64,000 nucleotides of DNA. It comes from Candidatus Cloacimonadota bacterium. GTDB lineage: Bacteria > UBA4055. Each line of letters starts with the position of its first letter. Positions within the stretch are counted from its first letter, which is position 1. Below the pieces are notes generated by a model. The model did no database searches and was not told the origin of the DNA. It saw nothing but the letters and a program-made list of their open reading frames with translations. The DNA lies in NCBI GenBank assembly GCA_002742935.1, contig PDON01000065.1, positions 6,894 to 70,893 on the forward strand, read 5' to 3'. Position numbers and translations under genes: made by a program. This document shows positions 18,438 to 28,228 of this stretch, piece by piece.

Positions 18438-20339
18438 CTATTGGGAAAAGTAGCTATTCTCATCACCTAAATCAAAAATAATATTTTCATTCTTGATTGC
18501 TTTATTCACAAGTTTTTCTTTACTCTTATCAGCCCACCAAAAGTATAATGAACTGTAATAATCACCATCAAAGCCCAAAATATTTTTAGGTGTTCCAAAC
18601 CTATCCCAATATAAAATTCTCTCACTGTACGATGAATACCAACCCATTATAGAATGGTATTGATTATAGTACTCTTCATCTATTTGCTGAATATATCTCT
18701 TTCTATTTTTAAAATCATACTCCTCATTATACAGTTCAATTAAAGAGTCAACATAGGAGCTTTTAAAACCTGTAATATTATTTGTATTTTCAATATCACT
18801 TGTTGATGAATGTAAAAAGAAACCCGGTGAAGGTATATCTGTATTTTTCCAATAGCTAACTACCATATCAAAAGATTTAGAATAAACTCTATCACTAATT
18901 TCATCTCTATCCACTGATTCTATTTTTAGGTCTATACCCGCTTTTTTTAGATCATTCTTAAAAAAGCTTACAAACTTACTACTATATTCTGACTCCAATA
19001 TTGAAATAGAAAACCTCTTACCATCCTTAACCCTAAAACCATCAACCATATTCCAACCATTTCTTTTTAGTAGAGAATCAGCTAAATGAAAATTATACTT
19101 TACAGGAGTAATATTTTTGGAAGCATACTCTCCACTAACATATATAGATGGGGTTGGAGTATACTCATTGTTAAACAGCTTATCTATTATGTACTCTCTG
19201 TTAAAAAGATGAGCTATTGCCTTCCTAACTTCAATATTATCCAGCGGTTTAACCCTTGTATTCAAATCTATCCTAAAAGATGATTTTGGAAGATTATTAA
19301 ATACTTTTCGCTTTTTCACAACCCCTCTTTTTAAACAAGAAAATGATAAAGAAGGGTTTTCTCTATCAAACTCACTCTTCCACCAATCTGTTCTTGGAAC
19401 CGGAAGAATATCAATATTATCATGTTTGAAGCTATCTTTACAGATAAAATCACTTTGAAAAACCTTTAACTCTATTTTATCAAAATTTCCTGTTTTTTCC
19501 CAAAATCCTTTCTTATATCCCCAATAATCTTTTCTTCTCCTAAATTCAAAACTCTTTCCCTCATTAATATTAAAAGGATTAATTATGTAAGGACCGCTTC
19601 CAACTGGTTGACAGTTCTTATATCTATATATAAATGTATCTATTGAGTTTTTTTCGATCTCTCTCTTTTGGAGAATATACATGAATGTTGATATTTTACT
19701 AAAAGATCTCCAATTTTTGTTTGAGGTTGTTATTTCAATTATATACGGAGAAATAATTTTTGCTGAAAACTCTTTAAAAAAATTATTTTCAAATAAAGAT
19801 TCTGTTTTTGGATTTTTGATAAGTTCTAACGAAAATTTCACATCCTCAGCCGTTACCCTACTACCATCACTCCATCTTGCAAGAGGGTCAATTCTAAATG
19901 TATATTTACCCTTCTCATTATCTATTTTCCAATGAGAAGCTAAACTTGGGCAATATCCTCCTTCTAGAGAAGGGTCTTTCACAAGAAGAGTTTCAAAAAC
20001 TAAAGAGTTCAAATAAACAGAAACTTCCCAAAAACTATCTTTACCAATTGGAGACAATGTTTTAGGATATTGAAATATAGGAAATCTAAACACTCCCCCT
20101 TTAACAGCCTTTTGGGATTCGTAAGGGTCATAAAAACTACTTGTAACAAAACCCAAATCATCAGCAATTTCCTCAAAACCATTACCCCCCATTTCAGGAT
20201 CAACAGATAAGATGGCACCATCAGAAACCTCATATCTAGAGACAGAAACAGGACCATCATCGGGAAATTTATTTTTTCTTTTAGTTATACTTTCGCAGCA
20301 GATAAAAAAAAGAAATATTAATATTAAAAACCATTTCAT
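18438..20339 (-). CDS. ABC transporter substrate-binding protein, family 5 (oligopeptide/nickel type), orphan.
   Basis: 633 aa with a lipoprotein signal. Overall SBP_bac_5 architecture. No permease or ATPase genes nearby. Confidence 0.7.
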   Translation of the reverse strand: MKWFLILIFLFFICCESITKRKNKFPDDGPVSVSRYEVSDGAILSVDPEMGGNGFEEIADDLGFVTSSFYDPYESQKAVKGGVFRFPIFQYPKTLSPIGKDSFWEVSVYLNSLVFETLLVKDPSLEGGYCPSLASHWKIDNEKGKYTFRIDPLARWSDGSRVTAEDVKFSLELIKNPKTESLFENNFFKEFSAKIISPYIIEITTSNKNWRSFSKISTFMYILQKREIEKNSIDTFIYRYKNCQPVGSGPYIINPFNINEGKSFEFRRRKDYWGYKKGFWEKTGNFDKIELKVFQSDFICKDSFKHDNIDILPVPRTDWWKSEFDRENPSLSFSCLKRGVVKKRKVFNNLPKSSFRIDLNTRVKPLDNIEVRKAIAHLFNREYIIDKLFNNEYTPTPSIYVSGEYASKNITPVKYNFHLADSLLKRNGWNMVDGFRVKDGKRFSISILESEYSSKFVSFFKNDLKKAGIDLKIESVDRDEISDRVYSKSFDMVVSYWKNTDIPSPGFFLHSSTSDIENTNNITGFKSSYVDSLIELYNEEYDFKNRKRYIQQIDEEYYNQYHSIMGWYSSYSERILYWDRFGTPKNILGFDGDYYSSLYFWWADKSKEKLVNKAIKNENIIFDLGDENSYFSQ

Positions 20340-20410
20340 CTATATATCATAGTCATTAAAAATTTTAAATTCAAATTATAAAGAATCTTAGACTTAATAG
20401 AGTAAAACAT

Positions 20411-21427
20411 TTATGTTGTCAATCTTAATTGAGGAATTGCATCAAATTCAAGATTTTTTTCAAAAATTGTCTCTCCATAAAATTGAAACTTTTTAAAACC
20501 TGTCATTGCTACCATAGCAGCATTATCGGTACAATACTTTGGTGAAGATCTGTAAAATTTAAGATTATTACCCTTCTTATCTTCCAAAACCTCTCTAAGT
20601 CTTGAGTTTGCGGAAACGCCTCCGGCAACAACAATTCCTACAGATTTGTTAAGCTTTGCAGCTTTAAGAAGCTTTTGAGAAAGAGTATCTACAACAGCTT
20701 CCAAAAATGAGGCACATATATTGTTTATATTTTCTTTTATAAATGATTCATCTTTACTCTCAATATAAACCTTAACAGCTGTTTTTAAACCACTAAAAGA
20801 GAAATCCAAGCTATTACTCATGGCTCTTGGAAACCTATGAAATTTTTTATCACCCTTTTTAGCAAGTTCATCTATAATCCTACCACCCGGGAAACCAAGT
20901 CCCAGCATTTTCGAAACCTTATCTATACATTCACCTGCGGCATCATCTCTAGTTTTTCCTATAAGTTTATAGGATCCCACTTCATCAACTTGTATAAGCT
21001 CTGTATGTCCACCCGAAACAACAAGTACCGTAAGAGGAGGTTCCATATAAGGGTTTTCTATATAGTTTGAATATATGTGAGCCTCTATATGGTTTACCTT
21101 GATAATAGGTATATCTCTCGACAGAGATAAACCCTTTGCACTATTTACTCCAACAAGAAGAGCACCAACAAGACCCGGACCATATGTAACGGCAATGGCA
21201 TCAATATCTTCCAATGATTTATCGGCTTCCTTTAAAGCTTTATCAATAACGGGAATAATATTTTTTTGATGATTCCTTGAAGCAAGTTCTGGTATAATAC
21301 CACCATACTCAATATGAACCATTTGAGTAGAAACAATGGAGGATAGAACCTTTCCGTCCTCAACAATAGCAGCTGATGTGTCATCACAAGATGTTTCAAT
21401 ACCCAAGATCAGCATAAGATCCTCCAA
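20411..21427 (-). CDS. tsaD: tRNA N6-adenosine threonylcarbamoyltransferase TsaD (Kae1/Gcp).
   Basis: LGIETSCDDTS N-terminus, metal-binding H..H motifs and the GGVSAN motif. Confidence 0.9.
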   Translation of the reverse strand: MEDLMLILGIETSCDDTSAAIVEDGKVLSSIVSTQMVHIEYGGIIPELASRNHQKNIIPVIDKALKEADKSLEDIDAIAVTYGPGLVGALLVGVNSAKGLSLSRDIPIIKVNHIEAHIYSNYIENPYMEPPLTVLVVSGGHTELIQVDEVGSYKLIGKTRDDAAGECIDKVSKMLGLGFPGGRIIDELAKKGDKKFHRFPRAMSNSLDFSFSGLKTAVKVYIESKDESFIKENINNICASFLEAVVDTLSQKLLKAAKLNKSVGIVVAGGVSANSRLREVLEDKKGNNLKFYRSSPKYCTDNAAMVAMTGFKKFQFYGETIFEKNLEFDAIPQLRLTT

Positions 21428-21568
21428 TAGCTAAACTTTACAACAACCTCAAAATCTATTTTATAATTTACTAAAAAGCAAGAGATAAGAGATATTTATG
21501 GGATAAATTCTTTATTTTATAATTTAGTTTACTTATTTTGTACAAATGATTTTAAAGGGAACTATTTT

Positions 21569-22825
21569 ATGAACAGAATAGCACTAATTACAATAGGTGA
21601 TGAGATATTAAACGGATCTACTCAAGATAAGCACCTAAACTACATAGGAAAATCTTTATATAACAATGGAATAAAGGTTTCAACACATGTAACCATATCC
21701 GATGATAATAAAACCATAATAGAAACAATAAAATATCTATTAAAATCACACAATATTATTATTACTACAGGAGGTCTCGGTCCTACTCCCGATGATAAAA
21801 CCGTTGATACTGTTGCCAATCTATTCAATAGAAAATGTGTAATAAGTGAAGTTGTTTTAAACGATATAAAAGGTTTCTTTAAAAGAGTGAATAGAGAGGT
21901 TAACCCTCTATCAAGAGATCAAGCTTACATAATTGAAGGTGCAAACTTTTATAGAAATAAGTTTGGTACAGCACCGGGTCATTATATCCGTTTTAATGAT
22001 AGTTTTAATATAAATGACAAAGGAAATAATCATCTCTTTCTTCTTCCGGGAGTTCCTTACGAGATGAGGTATCTATTTGATACCCATGTAAAAAGGTGTG
22101 TTATTGATCTTTTTAATGAGTTTATAATTACAAGAAATGTTTACACCTACGGAATTGGAGAGAGTGATCTTGTATTAAAAATATCTAATTTAGAAAAGAT
22201 CTCAAAAGAGGTTGAGCTTGGTTTTTATCCTCAAAGTGGCGGGGTAAAAATAAGCTTAACAGCCAGAGGTAACAACAAAACAGATATTGAAAAAAGATTG
22301 GAAAAATCTTTAGAACTTTTATCTGAGGATATAGATACCAATATTGTTGAAGGAGGATCTGCCAGTAAACGACTTGTTGAGAAACTTAAAAAGAAAGATT
22401 ATAAGATCTCTTTCGGAGAGAGTTGTACGGGAGGGCTTTTAAGTAGCAGTATTGTATCTATACCGGGAGCATCAAAGGTTTTTGACAGGAGTTTTGTTAC
22501 CTACTCCAATAAATCAAAGTTTGAAGTTTTGAATGTTTCACCCTACACCTTAGAGATAAATGGAGCAGTATCAAAAGAGACTGTTGATGAGATGCTTGAG
22601 GGTCTTTTAGCTGAAACAAAATCGGATATTGTTGCAGCTGTTTCAGGTATTGCAGGTCCTGAAGGAGGCTCAAAAGAGAAACCGGTTGGAACTGTTTACA
22701 TTGGTATTGAGGAAAGAGGTAAGAAAAGAGTTGTGGAGAGAAGATTCTTCAATGGAGATAGAGAAGAGATCCAAAAGAGAACGGTAAGTTATCTGTTTAA
22801 TGAAATTACAAATCTACTACAATAG
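21569..22825 (+). CDS. cinA: Competence/damage-inducible protein CinA (MoaB/MogA-like N-domain plus CinA C-domain).
   Basis: N-terminal ITIGDEIL..G...D.N. C-terminal ESCTGGLLSS and SGIAGPEGG motifs. Confidence 0.85.
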   Translation: MNRIALITIGDEILNGSTQDKHLNYIGKSLYNNGIKVSTHVTISDDNKTIIETIKYLLKSHNIIITTGGLGPTPDDKTVDTVANLFNRKCVISEVVLNDIKGFFKRVNREVNPLSRDQAYIIEGANFYRNKFGTAPGHYIRFNDSFNINDKGNNHLFLLPGVPYEMRYLFDTHVKRCVIDLFNEFIITRNVYTYGIGESDLVLKISNLEKISKEVELGFYPQSGGVKISLTARGNNKTDIEKRLEKSLELLSEDIDTNIVEGGSASKRLVEKLKKKDYKISFGESCTGGLLSSSIVSIPGASKVFDRSFVTYSNKSKFEVLNVSPYTLEINGAVSKETVDEMLEGLLAETKSDIVAAVSGIAGPEGGSKEKPVGTVYIGIEERGKKRVVERRFFNGDREEIQKRTVSYLFNEITNLLQ

Positions 22826-22833
22826 AGGTTTTT

Positions 22834-23874
22834 ATGAGATATATTTTTATTATACTAATGACTATTTCATCCCTATTTTCAGAAGAGATAGTTAAAGTTA
22901 TTGCAACAGGTTTAGGATCTGATACGGAGCAAGCAAAAAAAGTAGCCCTTAAAAATGCAATTGAACAAGTGATTGGTCTTAAAATTGAGAGTGAAACATA
23001 TGTAAAAAACTATATAACATTAAAGGATAATATATATGGTAAATCTGAAGGTTTCATAAAATCATACAAGGTTATTTGGACTGAAAGAGATAAAGATATG
23101 AGCAGTGTTACTGTAGAGGCTCTGGTTTTAAAGAGTACTCTTATGGGAAAAATTGAGGAATTTGGTATAGTTCTTTCCAAAATGGATCAGCCAAGAGTTC
23201 TTGTTGCTCCTCTAAATGATGAAAATGAGAAACTAAGCAACAAATTTTACAGATCTTTAGTAAGTGTTCTAAGCGATCACGGTTTTTTCCTTTTAGACAG
23301 AAATAGTTTAGAGGAGTTTTACAAGGAACAGAAAGCTGTTTCATACAGTGATCTAAACAATAGGATTGCAGATTTTGGTCTAAAGGTAAATGCAGATTAT
23401 ATAATTAAATTTGACTTCTACAAAGAGGGTAAGCAAGGAGTGGTTGATTGTGAGGTAGTATCCACTTCAACAGGTAAAATTTTAAGCTCAATTGAGATGG
23501 ATACCGGTAAAAAGAGTATCAGTAGAAGATCTGTTTCCTCAATGGGTAAAGGTTGTGGTGAAAAACTTTACAAAAAGATAAGAGCAAACTGGGAGCTGAG
23601 AGTAAAAAACGGTAAATACTACACTTTGGTTATTGAAGGCTATAGAGGTTATCAATCTATACTTAGCTTTATAGATAAACTAAATATAAAAGATTATGTT
23701 AATAGTGTAACTGAAATTGAAAGTGGAAGTAATAAATCAACCTTACTAATCATATACAAGGGAAAAAGAACAGGATTCAAATCTGAAGTTTTTAAAGTAT
23801 TTAAAGAGATGAACTGGTCTATTAGATTGGTTAGAAGTGAAAATAGTAGAATGATTGTGAAAGTATTAAAATAA
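22834..23874 (+). CDS. Hypothetical secreted protein.
   Basis: Signal peptide only. Confidence 0.4.
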   Translation: MRYIFIILMTISSLFSEEIVKVIATGLGSDTEQAKKVALKNAIEQVIGLKIESETYVKNYITLKDNIYGKSEGFIKSYKVIWTERDKDMSSVTVEALVLKSTLMGKIEEFGIVLSKMDQPRVLVAPLNDENEKLSNKFYRSLVSVLSDHGFFLLDRNSLEEFYKEQKAVSYSDLNNRIADFGLKVNADYIIKFDFYKEGKQGVVDCEVVSTSTGKILSSIEMDTGKKSISRRSVSSMGKGCGEKLYKKIRANWELRVKNGKYYTLVIEGYRGYQSILSFIDKLNIKDYVNSVTEIESGSNKSTLLIIYKGKRTGFKSEVFKVFKEMNWSIRLVRSENSRMIVKVLK

Positions 23875-24587
23875 TGAGTGGAATTCTATACATTGTTTCA
23901 ACCCCTATAGGTAATCTTAAAGATATAACCTACAGAGCCGTAGAGGTTCTAAAATCTGTTGACCTTATTGCTTGTGAGGATACGAGAAAAACAGGGATAT
24001 TAACAAAAGAGTACAACATATCCACTCCACTAATCTCTTACCATGATCATAATAAGGAATCCAGAGGGAAACATATAATAAATCTCTTGGAAAGTGGAGA
24101 AAATATAGCTTTAGTAAGTGATGCCGGGACACCCGCAATAAATGATCCCGGTTTTAATTTGGTAAGAGATGCAAGAAATCTAAATATTAAAGTTACAGGT
24201 GTTCCGGGTGCATGTGCCGCAATAAATGGAATAGCAATATCAGGCTTAGCTACCGACAGATTCTGTTATGAGGGTTTCCTTCCGGTAAAAAAGGGAAGAA
24301 TGACATCATTGGAAAAGATTAAAAATGAGGAAAGAACTATAATTATTTATGAAGGTGTTCATAAAATTGAAAAGACATTAAAGGATCTTAAAGAATATAT
24401 AGGAGATAGAAAAATTGTTATTCTTAGAGAAATGACAAAGGTTTATGAGGAGTATATAAGAGGAACAGCTCAAGAGATTTTAAACCACTTTAAAGAAAAT
24501 CCTCTAAAGGGTGAGTTTGTACTCATAGTTGAGGGTTTTGATAAAAAGAAAGTTAAAAAAACAAATAAATACTCTAAAAAACCATAG
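23874..24587 (+). CDS. rsmI: 16S rRNA (cytidine1402-2'-O)-methyltransferase RsmI.
   Basis: LYIVSTPIGNLKDIT, tetrapyrrole-methylase fold, and VSDAGTP motifs. Start overlaps the upstream stop (ATGA). Confidence 0.85.
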   Translation: MSGILYIVSTPIGNLKDITYRAVEVLKSVDLIACEDTRKTGILTKEYNISTPLISYHDHNKESRGKHIINLLESGENIALVSDAGTPAINDPGFNLVRDARNLNIKVTGVPGACAAINGIAISGLATDRFCYEGFLPVKKGRMTSLEKIKNEERTIIIYEGVHKIEKTLKDLKEYIGDRKIVILREMTKVYEEYIRGTAQEILNHFKENPLKGEFVLIVEGFDKKKVKKTNKYSKKP

Positions 24588-24820
24588 TTTGGTATACTAA
24601 CCCAAAGGTTTATATAAAATAAGATTAAGTTAAGATCTTTCCAAAATCTTAGGTTCCCATAAAAAGTCAGCCTTTCTGGGAACGAGTAGTACAAGGAATC
24701 ATTTTTTATGCGATTTGATCCTAGAAATAGTAGGTGATCTATTGCAGAAAAAAATTAAGACGCAGTAATGCGAAGTTGGTAGGCAGTCTGGAGATCTTTC
24801 CAAGATCTCTAGAATCACTC

Positions 24821-25819
24821 TCAGTCAAACTGCTCAAAAGAATCAACAGCATCAAGGTAAACACCATCAAACCCTGCATTAATTATCTTTTTTAGGTATG
24901 AATCATCGTTTCCATAGATAATATCTTGCCAATCACTCTCCCAATATTTTACAATATAGTTTCCTTCCCAATTGGGGTTTTCACTATCTATAAAAGTTGG
25001 AGTCCCTATCTCCCAATCAGATTGCCAATAATATCTATAGTTTTCTGCTTCCCCAATGCTCATATAACAGATCAATAGTCGTTTCCCACCATTTTCTTTA
25101 TCTCTTAACTCCTCAATCTCATCAGGCGTAAACTCCTCTCCATTAAAAAAAAGATCCATTATTACATAATCGTAATTGGTTGATTTAACAGACTCTATAA
25201 ACTCCTCCTTGTTGGAGTATCCATTATCAGGATTGATAAGGTATAAATAGTTTTTTGCTTGGGACAGATCTGTTATTGTATCTGGACTCTCATTATATGT
25301 GGGAGTAGGATAAGTTGGTATATTATCAAGTTCTCTATGATCAGCTGCAAATGATATATAATCATACATATTATTTATGTGATATGAACTATCAACTTTT
25401 GACTCTGTAAAGCAATAATCCGTAACCATTATTTTAATATCTCCGTTGCTTTTAGCCATATCTAAGAATAGTTTTAATCTTTCAGTTTCATCACTTGGAG
25501 TTGCTTGATCATCTCCATTGTAACCATAGTTTAAACTCTCTTGACCAATACCATCAATACTGCTTATATAATCCATATCGGGAGAATCTCCACTTTCTCC
25601 GGTTATGCTTACAAGTTCCACTCCGTTTTGAGGGATTATGAAAAAGTGAGGATTTCTCTTTTTTGCATAAGAGCTAATATCTTTTATAAAACTTTTCATC
25701 TCCTGTTTATAATACATATTTGAAATCAATGGGTTTTTATTATTTTTACAAGAAAAGAAGTTTATTAATAAAGCTAAAAATATTACAACTTTACTAGTTT
25801 TTATAGATCTTGTTACCAT
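24821..25819 (-). CDS. Secreted TIM-barrel glycoside hydrolase-like protein (GH114/TM1410-like family).
   Basis: Signal peptide. YMSIGEAE...YRYYW motif region resembling the GH114 family. Assignment is tentative. Confidence 0.45.
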   Translation of the reverse strand: MVTRSIKTSKVVIFLALLINFFSCKNNKNPLISNMYYKQEMKSFIKDISSYAKKRNPHFFIIPQNGVELVSITGESGDSPDMDYISSIDGIGQESLNYGYNGDDQATPSDETERLKLFLDMAKSNGDIKIMVTDYCFTESKVDSSYHINNMYDYISFAADHRELDNIPTYPTPTYNESPDTITDLSQAKNYLYLINPDNGYSNKEEFIESVKSTNYDYVIMDLFFNGEEFTPDEIEELRDKENGGKRLLICYMSIGEAENYRYYWQSDWEIGTPTFIDSENPNWEGNYIVKYWESDWQDIIYGNDDSYLKKIINAGFDGVYLDAVDSFEQFD

Positions 25820-25955
25820 ATATTTAATTCTCTTTTGGTTTATAAGTTAATTTCCATACTCTAAATATACTCTAAATTATTAATACTGCCAAACAATTTA
25901 AGTTTTTAAATTTTATAATCAACTCTATTAAGAGTATTTAAACAAAAAAAGATAA

Positions 25956-26645
25956 CTAAGATCTCTTACTTTGATCATCAATCTCATTTTCACTGATAAG
26001 TTCTTTTCTATTCTCCCTTATTGCAAATTGTTCAGGAAGATAAATATTTTCTTTTTCGTTCTTACTTGGAATTGGTAGATTATTTTTGATTAATTCCTTT
26101 TCGATAGTTTCTATTCCTGACTTATCTAACTCAACTATTAGCTCTTTAAATTTTTTATAAATTTTATCAATTAAATCTTGCTTCTCATTTTCATTTAAAA
26201 CATCTCTATTTTGTTTAAATTTTTCTATATCATCAAAAAAACGTTTAATTTTTCCCGGAACTCCAAGTCTCCGTTCAACTCTTTGAATTCGATCCCCTAA
26301 GCTTAGATCTCTTGATATGGCTTTTACAATATTTTCAGTTATAGATTGGGAATCTTTAATAATATAATCAATTCCGGTTCTAATATTTCCATAACCTCCA
26401 ATACCTGCTATTATAATTAACGATAGGTTGCTAAAAATTTTAAGCCTTGATTTTAAAGAACCATCCTCAAATTCTACAGAAAAATACAGATCATTCCTTA
26501 AATACTCTTTATTGTAATATTTTTTAGCATACTTTTTACCGTAATATAAAAGATCCTTTTCAAATACTTTCTTAAATTCTTGATTAGCCTTTATATCCAA
26601 TTTAATGTAAGCTTGTCCTATTTCGTACACACTCTCTTTAATCAT
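25956..26645 (-). CDS. Hypothetical protein.
   Basis: ORF with a plausible RBS. No family recognised. Confidence 0.35.
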   Translation of the reverse strand: MIKESVYEIGQAYIKLDIKANQEFKKVFEKDLLYYGKKYAKKYYNKEYLRNDLYFSVEFEDGSLKSRLKIFSNLSLIIIAGIGGYGNIRTGIDYIIKDSQSITENIVKAISRDLSLGDRIQRVERRLGVPGKIKRFFDDIEKFKQNRDVLNENEKQDLIDKIYKKFKELIVELDKSGIETIEKELIKNNLPIPSKNEKENIYLPEQFAIRENRKELISENEIDDQSKRS

Positions 26646-26721
26646 AGTTTTATCCTTTTAGAAACAGGGTTTAATTAAAAAAATACAAAACTTTAGAAGT
26701 TAGAGTCGAATACTATATTAC

Positions 26722-26756
26722 AAAAAAGGGGAATCAAAAAATCCCCCTTTTTTTGT
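26722..26756 (-). terminator. Intrinsic terminator downstream of glyA.
   Basis: aaaaaagggga-atcaaaaaa-tcccctttttt: G/C stem plus T tract. Confidence 0.6.
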
Positions 26757-26775
26757 CTAATATATAATCTAATGT

Positions 26776-28050
26776 TTAGTTGTAAAGAGGATACTTTGTT
26801 GAAAGAGCAATAACCTCCTCTTTAATAGATGCCAAAAGCTCTTTATTTTTATGATCAGCAGCAACTCTACCAATAAATCCTGCAATAGTTCTCATATCAT
26901 CCTCATTGAAACCTTTAGTTGTTGCTGCAGATGTTCCAAGCCTTACACCACTTGTTATTAAAGGCTTTCTCTTATCATAAGGAACCATATTTTTATTGGT
27001 AGTAATACCCGCTTTTTCCAGAGCTTTCTCTAAACCTTTACCACTAACCTCTTTATCAGAAAGATCCAAAAGTACCAAGTGATTATCGGTTCCACCTGAA
27101 ACAACCTTAAATCCGAGTTTCATCAGCTCATCTGCCAGAGCTTTGGCATTTGCAACTACTCTCTTTTGGTAATCTACAAAATCTTCACTCAATGCTTCCT
27201 TGAATGCTACAGCTTTTGCTGCAATTACATGCATAAGCGGTCCACCTTGAATACCAGGGAAAACTACAAAGTCAGTAGCTTCAGTAATTGTTTTTGGCTT
27301 AGGCATATTTTTTAGTAAGATTTCACCACCTTCAAAATTTGAAAGGATCATACCACCTCTAGGACCTCTTAATGTCTTATGAGTAGTAGTAGTAACCAGG
27401 TGAGAGTATGGAAGTGGAGAAGGATGAAGACCGGTAGCTACCAAACCTGCAATATGAGCCATATCTGTCAATAGATAAGCTCCTACTTCATCAGCAATCT
27501 CCCTAAATCTTTTAAAATCTATAGTTCTTGGATAAGCTGATGCTCCGGCAATAATAACTTTTGGTTTACACTTACGAGCAATCTCTAACACCTCATCATA
27601 GTCAATAAAACCCTCTTTAGTAACACCGTAAGGTACAATATTATACAGTCTTCCGGAGAAGTTAACAGGAGAACCATGGGTAAGGTGTCCACCCATTGAA
27701 AGATCCATTCCCATAATAGTATCTCCAACCTCTGCCAAAGTCATTAAGGCTGCCATATTAGCTTGAGATCCACTGTGAGGTTGAACATTTGCCCATTTAC
27801 AATTGAAAAGCTTTTTCGCTCTCTCAATAGCCAAATTTTCAGCTTCATCAACATAGATACAACCACCATAGTATCTTTTACCCGGATATCCTTCTGCATA
27901 CTTATTTGTCATTACAGAACCCAAAGCTTCAATAACAGTTTTTGATACAAAATTTTCCGATGCAATAAGCTCTATCTTATTATTTTGTCTATCTTTTTCA
28001 TCCTCAATATTTTTAAAAATTTCAGGATCAAAATCTTTTAAACTCTTCAT
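26776..28050 (-). CDS. glyA: Serine hydroxymethyltransferase.
   Basis: Highly conserved throughout, including the PLP-lysine motif [14 protein letters not shown]. Confidence 0.95.
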   Translation of the reverse strand: MKSLKDFDPEIFKNIEDEKDRQNNKIELIASENFVSKTVIEALGSVMTNKYAEGYPGKRYYGGCIYVDEAENLAIERAKKLFNCKWANVQPHSGSQANMAALMTLAEVGDTIMGMDLSMGGHLTHGSPVNFSGRLYNIVPYGVTKEGFIDYDEVLEIARKCKPKVIIAGASAYPRTIDFKRFREIADEVGAYLLTDMAHIAGLVATGLHPSPLPYSHLVTTTTHKTLRGPRGGMILSNFEGGEILLKNMPKPKTITEATDFVVFPGIQGGPLMHVIAAKAVAFKEALSEDFVDYQKRVVANAKALADELMKLGFKVVSGGTDNHLVLLDLSDKEVSGKGLEKALEKAGITTNKNMVPYDKRKPLITSGVRLGTSAATTKGFNEDDMRTIAGFIGRVAADHKNKELLASIKEEVIALSTKYPLYN

Positions 28051-28228
28051 CTAAACTCCTTATTATATAATAATTTAAAAAAACTAAGCTAGGTATTTTA
28101 AATAAAATATCAAATACCTGACGACAACTTATAAAATTATAACTATAATAGCAATAAAGATATTTAGGATTTAATTCAAAAGATTTTAAAATTTGTGAAA
28201 GGAAGTTATAATATCTCTTCAGTATATT

